Positions 9,671 to 19,976 are shown, counted from the first letter of the stretch. The stretch is DNA of 64,000 nt from Chloroflexota bacterium (GCA_964291655.2 OZ219802.1:448001-512000); one strand, 5' to 3'. Translations and numbers: made by a program. The notes: generated by a model from the letters alone, not told the origin.

Positions 9671-11017
9671 ATGGCGGATACACTATCTCGGCGAACCATT
9701 CTACGCGGCGCGCTGATGGGCGGCGCGGTTGCGATTTCAGCAGCCTGTGGCGCTGTACCGGTAACGCCGGCGGAGACGGAAAAAGCCCCTGATGCGCCCA
9801 AGGCGGCGGAAGCGCCCAAGGATGAAGGCCCCAAGGCAATTAACTTCCTCCACGTGTTGGAAGGCCAGAATGAGACCTGGCAAAACGGCTGGGCAGAAGT
9901 AGTAGAGACATTTGAGGCGAAGAATCCCGGTCACAAAATAGAGATTGCCGACTCTGCGTTTGGCGAATTGCCGACCAAAGCGGCGGCGGCCCAAGCGGGC
10001 GGGATCAAATTTGACATCATCTACGGCTACTTTGGGTGGGTCGGTACCTTTGTAGCTGGCAACATTGTCCAGCCTCTCGATCCCATCATTGCCACAGACG
10101 CGGAAATCGATCCTGCTAACTTCCACGAAGCCGCCAAGTGGATCCATAAGGGCCAGAACTACGGCGTGGCGTGGTGGATCAACTCACGTGAGATTTGGTA
10201 CAACAAGAGCCTCATCGTCAATGCCGGTCTCAAGACCCCGACTGAGCTCGAGGCCGAGGGCAATTGGACCTGGGATTCCGCTCTGGAAGCGGCCATTAAG
10301 CTGACCAAGGTCGAAGGTGATGAAGTCGTCCAAGGCGGTTTGGGCACCCAACCACACGTTCCTTCTGTGTTGACGTACTACTCCTGGGCCTGGGGGGCCG
10401 ACTTTTGGAATCCGGATTGCACGCAGGCCGGCTTTGGCAGCGATGCCTTCCGCGATGCGGTGCAATTCCAAGCGGATACCTTTACCAAGCACCGAGTGCA
10501 GGGCGGCAACTACTTTGAGGGCAACACGGCCATCTATCACACCGGGCACTTCCAGATCCGGCGCATCAACGAGCAGGTCACGCCGACAAACCTGTTTGAG
10601 GTAGGCATGGCGCCAACTCCCAATGGACCGGGTGGCCGCAAGGCCGCCTATGCCGTGGTCGCCATCCACCTCGGTTCGCAGGCGGAGAACGCCGAAGGCG
10701 GCTGGGAGTTCATCAAGCACACGGTGATCGGCGACCTGCAGGAGATCTGGATCCCGCAGGGCGGCGGCCGGTATCCGGCGGACTTGCGCCGGGAGCCGAT
10801 CACGACCAAGGAATTTGAGGACGCCAGCGTCTACAAGAAGATGGCGGAAATCGCCAACGCCACGCCAACGCTCATCCAGCAGGGCGACTTTAACGACATT
10901 TGGCGCAACGAGACTTGGCCGGCGATCTTGGAAGGCGCCATAACGGTGCCGGAAGCGCTACAGAAGACGCAAGATCAAGTCCAAGGCTGGCTGGACGACC
11001 GCGGTTGTCTCTGGTAG
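9671..11017 (+). CDS. Extracellular solute-binding lipoprotein (family 1, sugar-type), Tat signal
   Basis: SRRTILRG twin-arginine motif, SAAC lipobox, Ala/Pro linker, WYNKSL and WTWD SBP motifs. Confidence 0.9.
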   Translation: MADTLSRRTILRGALMGGAVAISAACGAVPVTPAETEKAPDAPKAAEAPKDEGPKAINFLHVLEGQNETWQNGWAEVVETFEAKNPGHKIEIADSAFGELPTKAAAAQAGGIKFDIIYGYFGWVGTFVAGNIVQPLDPIIATDAEIDPANFHEAAKWIHKGQNYGVAWWINSREIWYNKSLIVNAGLKTPTELEAEGNWTWDSALEAAIKLTKVEGDEVVQGGLGTQPHVPSVLTYYSWAWGADFWNPDCTQAGFGSDAFRDAVQFQADTFTKHRVQGGNYFEGNTAIYHTGHFQIRRINEQVTPTNLFEVGMAPTPNGPGGRKAAYAVVAIHLGSQAENAEGGWEFIKHTVIGDLQEIWIPQGGGRYPADLRREPITTKEFEDASVYKKMAEIANATPTLIQQGDFNDIWRNETWPAILEGAITVPEALQKTQDQVQGWLDDRGCLW

Positions 11018-11030
11018 ACCTGTCTACCAA

Positions 11031-11068
11031 GCCCGGGGGAGCATGACCTGCTCCCCCGGCTCTTTTTT
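11031..11068 (+). terminator. Rho-independent terminator
   Basis: CCGGGGGAGCA-tgacc-TGCTCCCCCGG stem followed by CTCTTTTTT. Confidence 0.85.
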
Positions 11069-11162
11069 GTACAATGCAAGCACTGGAAATTCCTGTGCGC
11101 TTGCTAGGCGCCAGAAACACGTTCAACCTGCCTGGTGTGCTGAGATAGGGAAGAGGTGAAAC

Positions 11163-12092
11163 ATGGCTCGACTGGCGAAAGTAGCCGTCTGTTCCACGCC
11201 GAATACGGTGGTTGGCGAGAGCGATGAGGAGCGGTACGAGTTCAATTTGAGGAAGGCCGAAGAACTGCTCCACGAGGCCGCCGCGCAGGGGGCGGACATT
11301 GCTTGCCTGCCGGAGGCATTTACCATTCGCGGCATCAGCGACGGCGGGACCAATCACCGCTGGCGCGAACCGGTTCCCGGTGGGGAAACCTATCAACGCA
11401 TGGCGGCTATCGCCCGGCAGCGCGCCATGTATGTCGTTGCGCCAATAGTTGGCGTGGAAGACGGGGTTCACCGCAATGTGGCAATGGTCATCGGCCGCGA
11501 CGGTGACTACATCGGCGGTTACCACAAGGTCCATCTCACCGTTACGGAGGATGAAGCATGGGGCCTCACCGCCGGTGATTCCTGGCCGGTCTTTGATCTG
11601 GATTTCGGCAAGATCGGCATCACCATCTGTTACGATGTATTCTTCCCTGAGGGTTTCCGTATTCTTGCCCTCAAAGGCGCCGACATCATCTTCCATCCCA
11701 CCATGTACAGCATGTACGGTGAGGTGGGTTGGGAAGCGGTGATCCAGTCCCGCGCCATCGATAACTGCGTCTACGTCTGTCCGGTGAACTACGGCTTCAC
11801 GGACAATGAGCCCTGGATGCCGGGCATGTGCCTCAACCGGAGCAGCGTGATCGGGCCGGACGGCATTGCACTGGCGGACCGCGGCCGCTACTGGGGCGTG
11901 GCCGTTGCCTCACTCGATCTCGACCGCCCCCGCATGGTCTACCGAGGCGGCAGCACCGGCCTGGCAAGCTTCCGCGAAGACGCTTGGAACCACCGCCGGC
12001 CGGATACCTACGAAGAACTCTTAGACTACGGCTATTGGGTCGATCATTCGGGTCAAGAGTCGGGTGAGCGGCCTACCAAGGTGGAAGCCTAG
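11163..12092 (+). CDS. Carbon-nitrogen hydrolase (nitrilase superfamily)
   Basis: E-K-C triad contexts CLPEAF, YHKVHL, ICYDVFFPE; SRAIDN. Confidence 0.93.
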   Translation: MARLAKVAVCSTPNTVVGESDEERYEFNLRKAEELLHEAAAQGADIACLPEAFTIRGISDGGTNHRWREPVPGGETYQRMAAIARQRAMYVVAPIVGVEDGVHRNVAMVIGRDGDYIGGYHKVHLTVTEDEAWGLTAGDSWPVFDLDFGKIGITICYDVFFPEGFRILALKGADIIFHPTMYSMYGEVGWEAVIQSRAIDNCVYVCPVNYGFTDNEPWMPGMCLNRSSVIGPDGIALADRGRYWGVAVASLDLDRPRMVYRGGSTGLASFREDAWNHRRPDTYEELLDYGYWVDHSGQESGERPTKVEA

Positions 12093-12187
12093 CGCCGACC
12101 AGTCCTGGATTGGGAGCCTTGGGAGACTTCGACTCTGTTCTGCCTCCTATGGGAGAAACCAAGTTTGCCCTCACTTAATTGGACATT

Positions 12188-12418
12188 CCAATTCTGCTAC
12201 TTCTGCTGTCGAAGACTCCGCTTCTGGCCTCCCTCCTGTTGTCAGCAACTCCACTCTTGTCCCTCTGCTGTGAGAGTCTCCGTTCTAGTCCCCTCCGTTG
12301 TCAGCGGCCCCACTCTAGTCCCCTCCGTTGTCAGCGGCCCCACTCTTGTCCCCTCCGTTATTAGCGGCCCCACTTTTGTCCCCTCCGTTGTCTCAGGCTC
12401 CACTCTTGTCCCCTCTCC
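12188..12418. repeat. Tandem ~30-bp repeat, about 7-8 units, decaying leftwards
   Basis: Consensus CCACTCTTGTCCCCTCCGTTGTCAGCGGCC; the last unit runs into a CCCCTCTCC REP arm. Confidence 0.9.
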
Positions 12419-12422
12419 TGGG

Positions 12423-14067
12423 GAGGGTGTCTCAAAAATAGATCTACTGGATATATACTGGTGTGAAGAGAAGCAAGGTGAGGTGGTGGGATAGTTTGTA
12501 GAGAGGTAGTGACGATGCCGTTGAGACCGTTTAGTCGTGAACAGGCCTGGCTGTTGCCGCCGACGCTGGACGAACTGATCCCGGACGACCATCCTGTCAG
12601 GTTTGCGGCAGCGTTCGTGGACAGCCTCGATGCTGCGGCCTGGGAGGCGATGGAGATTGACCTGCAAGGCGATCCGCGTGGCGCCGGGGCCTACCATCCG
12701 CGCGCGCTGCTGGGCGTATGGGTCTACGGCTTCATGACCGGCGTGCGCTCGAGCCGCAAGCTGGAGGCAGCCTGCCGGGATCAGGTACCGTACCTGTGGC
12801 TGGTGGGGATGCAGCAGCCGGACCACAACACGCTGTGGCGCTTCTACAAGGCGCACCGCGACCGGATGCGGATGCTGCTCAAGCGCACGGTGCGCACGGC
12901 GGTGCGAGCCGGCCTGGTGGAGTTGGCAATCCAGGCGGTGGACGGCACCAGGATCGCGGCCAACGCCGGGACGCGGCATACCCACGACGCGCAGGGGCTG
13001 CAAGCGGCTGTTGTCCCGCACCGAGCAAGCGATCGCGGACCTGGAGGCGCAGAACGCCACGGGGGGCGACGCGCCGCCAGCGACTTTGCCGCAGGAACTT
13101 GCCGATGCCCAGGCCCTGCGGCGGCGGGTGGACGACGCGCTCGCCCGCGTCGCGGCTGAGGACGGGCCGCGCTACACGAACCTGACTGATGCGGACGCGG
13201 CCCTGCTCAAGACTGGCATGGGTGGCTTCATCACCGGCTACAACGCCCAGGCGCTGGTCTCCCCTCTTGCGTCCCCGGACGAGGGCGCAGGGGGGAGGTT
13301 GATCACAGCCGTGGACGTGAGCGCCAGTGCCGACGACCATCCCCACCTGGCGCCGCTGATCGAGGCGGCGCAGGAGAACATCGACGCCGCGCGGGACGTG
13401 GTGACCGTTGCGGACGCCGGCTACCATTCGGGGGCCAACCTCGCCACGTGCCACGCCGGCGGCCACACGGTATTGATGCCCACGACCCACGAGCGCAGAC
13501 GCCGCAACCCCTACCATAAAGACCACTTCACCTACCGTCCAGAGACCGACACCTACCTGTGTCCCCAGCAAAAGGTGCTCACCTACACGCACCGCTTGAC
13601 CCACAGCAACGGCTACCGGGTCAAGCGGTACCAAGCCAACGGCCGGGACTGCAGAACCTGTCCGGCCTTCGGCGTCTGCACCTCCTCCCAGAGGGGCCGC
13701 TCCATAAAGATCAGCGCCTACGAGCCAATACTGCAACGGCACAGGCAGTTGATGGCCACCGCGCCTGCCAAGCAGGTGTACCGCCGCCGGAGTACCATCG
13801 TCGAGCCGGTCTTTGGCCTGCTCAAGGAGTGGCACAGTGCCAGGCGCTTCCTGCTCAGAGGCCGCAGCCACGTGACGTCCGAATGGCACCTGCTGGCCAC
13901 CGCGTTCAATCTCAAGAGCCTCCACGCCCTGTGGCGGTCTGGGTGTAGTCCAGCGTCGCCCCGGGGACGAGTCTCTCACTGGCACCGTCTTGTTCATACC
14001 ACCCGCCATCTGTCTGTCCTTCTCACCCCATTCACCGTGCCCCGCACCAAAATATTGAGACAGCCTC
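12423..14067 (+). mobile_element. IS1182-family insertion sequence
   Basis: Terminal IRs (GA)GGGTGTCTCAAAAAT and ATATTGAGACAGCC(TC); if the ends are 12425/14065 the flanks TCCTGGGGA / TCCGGGGGA form a near-perfect 9-bp duplication; transposase inside. Confidence 0.88.
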
Positions 14068-14102
14068 CGGGGGAGAGGGCTAGGGTGAGGGCGAAAGAAT
14101 AG
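12509..14102 (+). pseudogene. IS1182-family DDE transposase, split by a frameshift near 13001
   Basis: LLPPTLDELIP.DHP, YHPRALL, SSRKLE, PDHNT, AVDGT in ORF1; TDADA, GYNAQ, ADAGY, RR..VEPVFG, RF.LRG in ORF2; removing one C in CTGCAAGCGG joins them. Confidence 0.88.
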
Positions 14103-14209
14103 TGCATGACTGAAGTCCAGATCTACCTTCCTACTCTTCCCAGTCGTTTAGGAATCCGCTTCAATGTACCCAATACCTCTTTCAGATTGACTGCAAAGGA
14201 GATTGCCGC

Positions 14210-14878
14210 ATGCTTATCGACACCAACGACTTCGTTACGCAACGCATCGCAAAAGACGAAACTCTCGAACCGGAGAAGACCGCCCTCATCATCATTGACA
14301 TGATGAACCGGTTCTGCAATCCCGTGTGGCTGGCCCAAGGCGACCACGAAAGGGCCGAGTGGTTTGCCCGCGAGCTCGACTACGTGATTCCCAACGTCAC
14401 CGACGCGCTCCGCATATTCCGCGAGGCCGGCGCACTCGTGGTTCACGCCGTCTGCGCCAGGTGGACGCTTGACAAGCGGGATGCTCCGCTCCACATGCGT
14501 GAACGGGACTACGATCTGTTCGATACTCCTGGCATGTCGGTAATCGACCAGTTGGCGCCGCAACCCGGAGAGATTCTCATCCGCAAGACGTCCGGCTCCG
14601 TCTTTACGGGCACAGGCCTGGAATATCTATTGCACCAAGCCAGCATCGAAAACGTGGTGCTGTGCGGCCAGTACGGCAGCGCCTGTGTCTTCTATTCTCT
14701 CATTCAGAGCAGGGAATTCGGATTCCAGCAGCGAGTCTGGCTGGAGGACTGCATCCTCTATGGCAATGAGACCAGTAAACACCTCTTCCCCGCCCTCGTC
14801 GGCCAGCACTGGGCCAAACTGGCAACCAGGAAAGAGGTAGGCCGCGCGCTCGCAAAACTTACTGCGGTGGCAGGCTGA
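14210..14878 (+). CDS. Cysteine hydrolase (isochorismatase family)
   Basis: ALIIIDMMN, IRK..SVF.GT.L, GQYGSACV catalytic D-K-C contexts. Confidence 0.9.
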   Translation: MLIDTNDFVTQRIAKDETLEPEKTALIIIDMMNRFCNPVWLAQGDHERAEWFARELDYVIPNVTDALRIFREAGALVVHAVCARWTLDKRDAPLHMRERDYDLFDTPGMSVIDQLAPQPGEILIRKTSGSVFTGTGLEYLLHQASIENVVLCGQYGSACVFYSLIQSREFGFQQRVWLEDCILYGNETSKHLFPALVGQHWAKLATRKEVGRALAKLTAVAG

Positions 14879-14948
14879 CGGCTAATCAACGCAAGGCATT
14901 TCCTCATATTGATGGCATCTACTTGGGTCAATGAAGGAAGTACACCCC

Positions 14949-14977
14949 CTGGATTCCGGCTTTCGCCGGAATGACGG
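14949..14977. repeat. REP-like palindrome, family A (CTGGATTCCGGC-N4-GCCGGAATGACGG)
   Basis: Other copies at 22398-22425, 31384-31412 and 45074-45102, all intergenic. Confidence 0.85.
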
Positions 14978-15119
14978 ATGGGTCGGTCTCACCCGGGGGA
15001 GGGAGTCGTCATTCAGATTCGGCCGCAATTCCGCAGAAAAGACGCTTGGCAGGAGCGAAATCCGCTAGACTTAGTCGCCAATAGCACGCCGAGCAAGCCA
15101 GACGGTCTGTGCCTTCGGA

Positions 15120-15812
15120 CTAGAGCCGACCGCAATTGAGCTCGGCAAGCGATAGCTTCCAGTCCGGGTTTTGATAGAGCCACCGCTCAAAATTCCCCTT
15201 GATAGATGGCCATTCGCTATCCAGCAGCGCGAACCAGGCGGTATCGCGATTGCGTTCCTTCACGATCATGTGCTGTCGAAAGATGCCCTCGAAGGTGAAA
15301 CCGAGGCGCAAAGCCGCCGACCGTGAACGGGCGTTGAGGGCGTCGCACTTCCACTCGACCCGCCGGTGCTTTAGTCCATCAAAGGCCTCGCACAGCATGA
15401 GGTACACGGCCTCGGTGTTTGCTTGCGTTCGCTGGGCATCCAGGGCGTACCAGATATGCCCTAACTCCAGGCGTCGCATGTCCGTGACAATGTTAAGGAA
15501 ACTGGTCATCCCCACGTGCCGCCGGGTTTCATGGTGGTGCACGGCAAAGAAGAGCGGATCTTCGGATTCCGCACTCTCCTCGAGCCAGCCCAGCATTTGT
15601 TCTTCTGTCTCAAAGGGCCCGTACCCCATGTAGGCCCACACCTGCTCCCTGGTTGCGGTGCCGTGTGTGGCTGCGAACAGTTGTACCACGTCTGCATGGG
15701 GATTCACCGGCGAAAGCGTGATGAACTGCCCGACATAGTCCGTCCGTCGAGGCAATCCGCCCTGGCCTGCGGGTTCTACGTCATCGCCGCGAGGCTGACA
15801 AGACTGATTCAT
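15120..15812 (-). CDS. GNAT family N-acetyltransferase (RimJ/RimL-like)
   Basis: LELGHIWY, RRVEWKCDALNARSRSAALRLGFTFEGIFRQH, RNRDTAWF. Confidence 0.93.
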   Translation of the reverse strand: MNQSCQPRGDDVEPAGQGGLPRRTDYVGQFITLSPVNPHADVVQLFAATHGTATREQVWAYMGYGPFETEEQMLGWLEESAESEDPLFFAVHHHETRRHVGMTSFLNIVTDMRRLELGHIWYALDAQRTQANTEAVYLMLCEAFDGLKHRRVEWKCDALNARSRSAALRLGFTFEGIFRQHMIVKERNRDTAWFALLDSEWPSIKGNFERWLYQNPDWKLSLAELNCGRL

Positions 15813-15890
15813 GAAGTGTCCAGTTTCCGTCCGGTGTTGAGCATTCGGACGCTCGCGACAAGGGAAATAGCTCGTTGCTCTGGCCCGCGC

Positions 15891-16568
15891 CTAGACCAAT
15901 CGCGCAACTGGGTCCATCACCTCAGGGCCCTTATTCCGCGTATTGTTAACCAATGTCGAGACCTCAAACGCATCCATGGCATCGTCGGGATACGGCGCGA
16001 TCGCGCTCGCCAGCGCTAAGGGGTCTTCCACGTCCTTATCCAGCCAGAACGACTCCTGCTCTTGCGGTAGTATCACCGGCATGCGTTCGTGGATGGGACT
16101 CAGAATCTCATTCGCCGACGTGGTGATGATGGTGCAGGAATTGATCAACTCGCCTTCCGGGTCTTTCCATGTCTCCCAGAGACCGGCAAAGGCGAAGGGC
16201 TCGTCCGACTTGAGCGTGATCCGCATGGGCCGCTTCTGCTTGCCGCCGAGTTTTTGCCACTCGTAGAAGCCGTCGGCCAGAATCAGGCAGCGCCGCTTGC
16301 GCAGCGCGGTGCGAAAGCTGGGCTTCTCCGCCACGGTCTCGCCGCGGGCGTTGATCATGCGGTAGCCGATCTTCATATCCTTGGCCCAGAATGGAATCAA
16401 CCCCCAGCGCATGTACTCGGCGTGCCGTTCGCCGTCGTTGGTGACGGTAAGCACCTGCTGCGTGGGCGCGATGTTGTAGGCCGGTTGGTGCTCAATGTCG
16501 TCGGCGGCGAACTCGAACCGCATGGCGAGCTGGGATATGTCTGCTTTCAGGCTATATCTGCCACACAT
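15891..16568 (-). CDS. SOS response-associated peptidase (SRAP, YedK/HMCES family)
   Basis: MCGRY N-terminus with Cys2, YNIAPTQ, INARGET, ADGFYEW, HERMPVIL. Confidence 0.96.
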   Translation of the reverse strand: MCGRYSLKADISQLAMRFEFAADDIEHQPAYNIAPTQQVLTVTNDGERHAEYMRWGLIPFWAKDMKIGYRMINARGETVAEKPSFRTALRKRRCLILADGFYEWQKLGGKQKRPMRITLKSDEPFAFAGLWETWKDPEGELINSCTIITTSANEILSPIHERMPVILPQEQESFWLDKDVEDPLALASAIAPYPDDAMDAFEVSTLVNNTRNKGPEVMDPVARLV

Positions 16569-16657
16569 AGTTCCCTCCGGTCGGTGCGACACGTTTGGAC
16601 CTTCTTGCGTGCCATTATCCCATACACGCGCTGTCCGCCACAGGGTTGGGTTTATGT

Positions 16658-19600
16658 CTAGTGCCAGTCGTGGGAAGCGGGCATAGGCACCGCGGCGTCG
16701 AGCGCCCGCACGGCCGAGACAATGACGTTGGTAGTGCCGTCCCAGCGGGAGACCTCGCCGGTGGCCAGAATCACCTGGCTGCCGAGCGCGCGACGATGGC
16801 GGGCAAAGACCCGCGGCCAGAGGATGAGCTGGACGCTGCCCACCTCATCCTCAATGGTAACGAACACTGTGCCGTCCCTGCCGCGCGGGTGCTGCCGCGC
16901 CACCGGCCAGCCGGTTACCTGGATCCGCTCGCCCTCTTTCACGTCCTCGATCGCAGTGGTGGGCAACACCTCAGGACCCAACGAGGGGCGGAAGTGCTCC
17001 ATCAGATGCCCCTTGGGATGAATGCCCATGACGGCGTACTCCCCCACCATGCACTCGAAGTCGTTGAAGTCCGTCAACCGGGGCACGTTCTCCGCTGTCG
17101 CCACCGCAAAGGCGCGCTGCCCGTGCTCGCCGGGACGAATGGCGAGACCGGCATCCCAGAGCGCTTCTCTCCGATTCTGCGAATCCTGCGGATTCGGCGC
17201 ATCCTGCGAAGTCGGCGCATCCTGCGAAGTCGGCGCATCCTGCGAAGTCGTTGTCCTCAATGATGTTGGCGTCTCCGACGATGTCGAGGCGATCTCGTCA
17301 AAGGCTCCCGCCTGCACGAGCGATTGCACCGCTTTGGGCTTCACACCCGTGCGCCGCACGAAATCGCTCGCGCCGGTGTACGGGCCGCCGCTCTCTCGCT
17401 CGACCACGATGTTATGCGCCACCTCTTCCCCGATGTCCCTGACGAACCGTAATCCCAGCAGCACCGCGCCCTCCGCGGACGTGCAGCGCACCTGGCTGCG
17501 GTTTATGCACGGATTCCGAAACGGCACGCCGAAGCTCTGCGCGTCCTGCTTAAGCGTTTCCAGCGGATAGAAGCCCATGGGCTGGTTGTTCATCAGGCCG
17601 ATGAAGAATTCCAGCGGATAGTAACGCTTCAGCCACGCGGCCTGATAGGCCGTGATGGCAAAGGCATGGCTGTGGCTCTCCGGAAACATGTAGTGACCGT
17701 TGATCTTGGAGAAAATCTTCTCCGCAACTGCCTCAGGCACTCCCTTACGTTGCGCGCCTTTCCAAAACTGCTGCCAGTGCATGGCGATCAGGTGCGCGTT
17801 ATTGGGCTTGCCGAACGCCCGCCGCACTTCATCGGCCTGCGCCGCCGTCATGCCGCCCACGTCCATGATGAGTTGGACCACCTGCTCCTGCCACACGATG
17901 ATGCCGTAGCCCCGCTCCAGCGCGCGCTGCTCCAAGGGATGATCGTAGTCCCAGGCAACGCCGTGCCGGTAGCGCTCGACGAACTGCGAGACCGCGCTGC
18001 CCTGCACGCCGACGCCGGGTCGGATGAGTGCCACTTGGTAGGCTAAGTCAAGCAGAGTCCGCGAGCGCAGGCGCTGCCCCATCTTGAGCTGCGCCGGCGA
18101 CTGGAGCAGGAAGATGCCGATAGAGCGCCCCGCGTTGATCATGTCGTACACCTGCGGGTCTTCAGGATCGATCCGGCTCAGGTCGGGGCGTGTGCCTTCT
18201 CTCGCTTCAATCAGGTCGAGCGCCTCCTCGATCTGGTCGAGGACGGGCAACGAGAGCAGGTCGATCTTCGCAAAGTTGGCATCCGCCACGGAGTCCTTGT
18301 TCCAGTCCATGATGAAGCGGCCTTCCATGGCGCCGGCACGGATGGGCACCAGCGCCGAAATGGGCTTATCGCTGAGAATCATGCCGCCGACGTGCTGGCC
18401 GATCCCCTTGGGCGCATCCATGAGCGCGGGTCCGAGCGCGATGAGATCGCGCCAGCCTGGAGCCGTCACTTTATCTCTGAACGCGGGCAATCCTAGCATC
18501 TCTTCCTTGAGATTGACGGCATGGTGCGAGTGGAGCTGCTTGGAAAGGAGTGACAGGTCTTCCTTGGGCAACCCCAGCGCTTTCCCCAGGTCTTGGATAA
18601 TGCCCTTCACCGCATAGGTCGCGATGGCGCCGGCCAGCACGGCATATTCCGGCCCAAAGTGGCGGTGCACGCGCTCGAGCAACGGATCTCTGAGCTCGCG
18701 CGGAAAGTCCAGATCGATGTCGGGCAACATGGTCATATCCACTGAGATGAAGCGCTCCAGGGTGAGATTCCACTTGAGCGGGTCCACGTGGCTGATGCCG
18801 ATGAGGTAGCCGACCAAGAGCGCCACCGATGAGCCGCGCCCGCGTCCCGGCGGCCGTTCCTCCAGCGGCGTTGCGGGGTCCATCAATCCCCGCTCGACCA
18901 TGATCTGCTGCGCGATGCCTACGATTTCCCGGTAGAGCAACAGGAAGCCCGCGAGGTTGTGCCTCTCGATCAGGTCGAACTCTTCGTCCAGCCTTTCTTT
19001 CACTTGTACCGTCATCCCGTCATAGCGCCGCACTGCCGCTGCTTCGCAGAGCGTGCGCAAATACTGTGTGAGCGTGAAGCCCTCCGGCACGGCGGGATCA
19101 GGCAGCGTGTAGCCCAGATCGGTGCTGAGATCGAAAGTGCAGTGCTCGGCGATTTTTATGGTATTGGCTATAGCCGCTGGATAGTCTTGCAAAAAATGCG
19201 CCATCTGGGCGTGGGACTTCAGGTGCAGGTGATGGTTGGGTTTGAGGTGGGGCAGCGCCTGATCGATGGTGATATTGCGCTTGGCAGCCTCGAGCGCGTG
19301 CTGCAGCCGGTAGCGCTCCGGCGCGTGATAGTGCACGTCGTTAGTGGCGACCACGGGCACTCCCGCGTCCTGGGCAAGCCGCGCCAGTTCACCATTGCGC
19401 TTCGTATCACCGCGCAGCAAGTTCTGCTGCAGTTCCACGTACACGGACTCATGACCGTACCACGCCACGTACTCTTGCAGCAGCGTCATGGCCGTGGGGT
19501 AGCGTCCGGCCTCGACCAAGCGCGCCGGCGGCCCGTCACGGCCGCCGGTGAGCAAAATCAGGCCCGCGGCATGCGTGGGGAGATGTGCCGGATCCAGCCG

Positions 19601-19966
19601 CGGCTCTCTGCGGTCGACGGCGTTCGCCAAGGTGAAGAGCCGCGCTAGGTTGGCATAGCCCTCGCGTGTCTTGGCTAAGAGGACGATACGCGCACCGTCC
19701 AACAGGGTGAGCTCCCCTCCCGTGATGGGACGAATTTCCAGGCTATTGGCGAGACGGGCAAAATCCAACGCCCCGCAGAGGTTGGTATCGGTCAAGGCGA
19801 GCGCAGCGTACCCGAATGCCTTGGCCTGGGCGAGCAACTCGTGGGTGTGGGAGGCTCCAATCCCGAAGGAATAAAAGCTCTTGGCGTGCAGCTCAACGTA
19901 TCCGCCGGACGGCGACTGCATCGAAGACCGTGCTTGGGGCGAAGACGGTGACTGTATCGAAGGCAT
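16658..19966 (-). CDS. dnaE2: Error-prone DNA polymerase DnaE2 (ImuC)
   Basis: PHP domain (YVELHAKSFYSF), GRGSS, PDIDLDF, QHVGG, FPESH, NNQPMGFY, OB fold, C-terminal SHDWH (SRDFH-like); follows imuB. Confidence 0.95.
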   Translation of the reverse strand: MPSIQSPSSPQARSSMQSPSGGYVELHAKSFYSFGIGASHTHELLAQAKAFGYAALALTDTNLCGALDFARLANSLEIRPITGGELTLLDGARIVLLAKTREGYANLARLFTLANAVDRREPRLDPAHLPTHAAGLILLTGGRDGPPARLVEAGRYPTAMTLLQEYVAWYGHESVYVELQQNLLRGDTKRNGELARLAQDAGVPVVATNDVHYHAPERYRLQHALEAAKRNITIDQALPHLKPNHHLHLKSHAQMAHFLQDYPAAIANTIKIAEHCTFDLSTDLGYTLPDPAVPEGFTLTQYLRTLCEAAAVRRYDGMTVQVKERLDEEFDLIERHNLAGFLLLYREIVGIAQQIMVERGLMDPATPLEERPPGRGRGSSVALLVGYLIGISHVDPLKWNLTLERFISVDMTMLPDIDLDFPRELRDPLLERVHRHFGPEYAVLAGAIATYAVKGIIQDLGKALGLPKEDLSLLSKQLHSHHAVNLKEEMLGLPAFRDKVTAPGWRDLIALGPALMDAPKGIGQHVGGMILSDKPISALVPIRAGAMEGRFIMDWNKDSVADANFAKIDLLSLPVLDQIEEALDLIEAREGTRPDLSRIDPEDPQVYDMINAGRSIGIFLLQSPAQLKMGQRLRSRTLLDLAYQVALIRPGVGVQGSAVSQFVERYRHGVAWDYDHPLEQRALERGYGIIVWQEQVVQLIMDVGGMTAAQADEVRRAFGKPNNAHLIAMHWQQFWKGAQRKGVPEAVAEKIFSKINGHYMFPESHSHAFAITAYQAAWLKRYYPLEFFIGLMNNQPMGFYPLETLKQDAQSFGVPFRNPCINRSQVRCTSAEGAVLLGLRFVRDIGEEVAHNIVVERESGGPYTGASDFVRRTGVKPKAVQSLVQAGAFDEIASTSSETPTSLRTTTSQDAPTSQDAPTSQDAPNPQDSQNRREALWDAGLAIRPGEHGQRAFAVATAENVPRLTDFNDFECMVGEYAVMGIHPKGHLMEHFRPSLGPEVLPTTAIEDVKEGERIQVTGWPVARQHPRGRDGTVFVTIEDEVGSVQLILWPRVFARHRRALGSQVILATGEVSRWDGTTNVIVSAVRALDAAVPMPASHDWH
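17184..17249 (-). repeat. In-frame 18-bp tandem repeat inside dnaE2 (TSQDAP x3 plus a degenerate unit)
   Basis: GCATCCTGCGAAGTCGGC repeated on the + strand. Confidence 0.9.
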
Positions 19967-19976
19967 CGGGCTATCC

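Noticed and set aside
12165-12494. 109-aa ORF with PTLVPSVVSG repeats
   Set aside because: Product of the 30-bp tandem repeat, running into the IS end; no RBS or domain
12990-13015. Programmed ribosomal frameshift in the IS1182 transposase
   Set aside because: No slippery run at the junction, and IS1182 transposases are normally a single ORF; mutation or sequencing error is more likely
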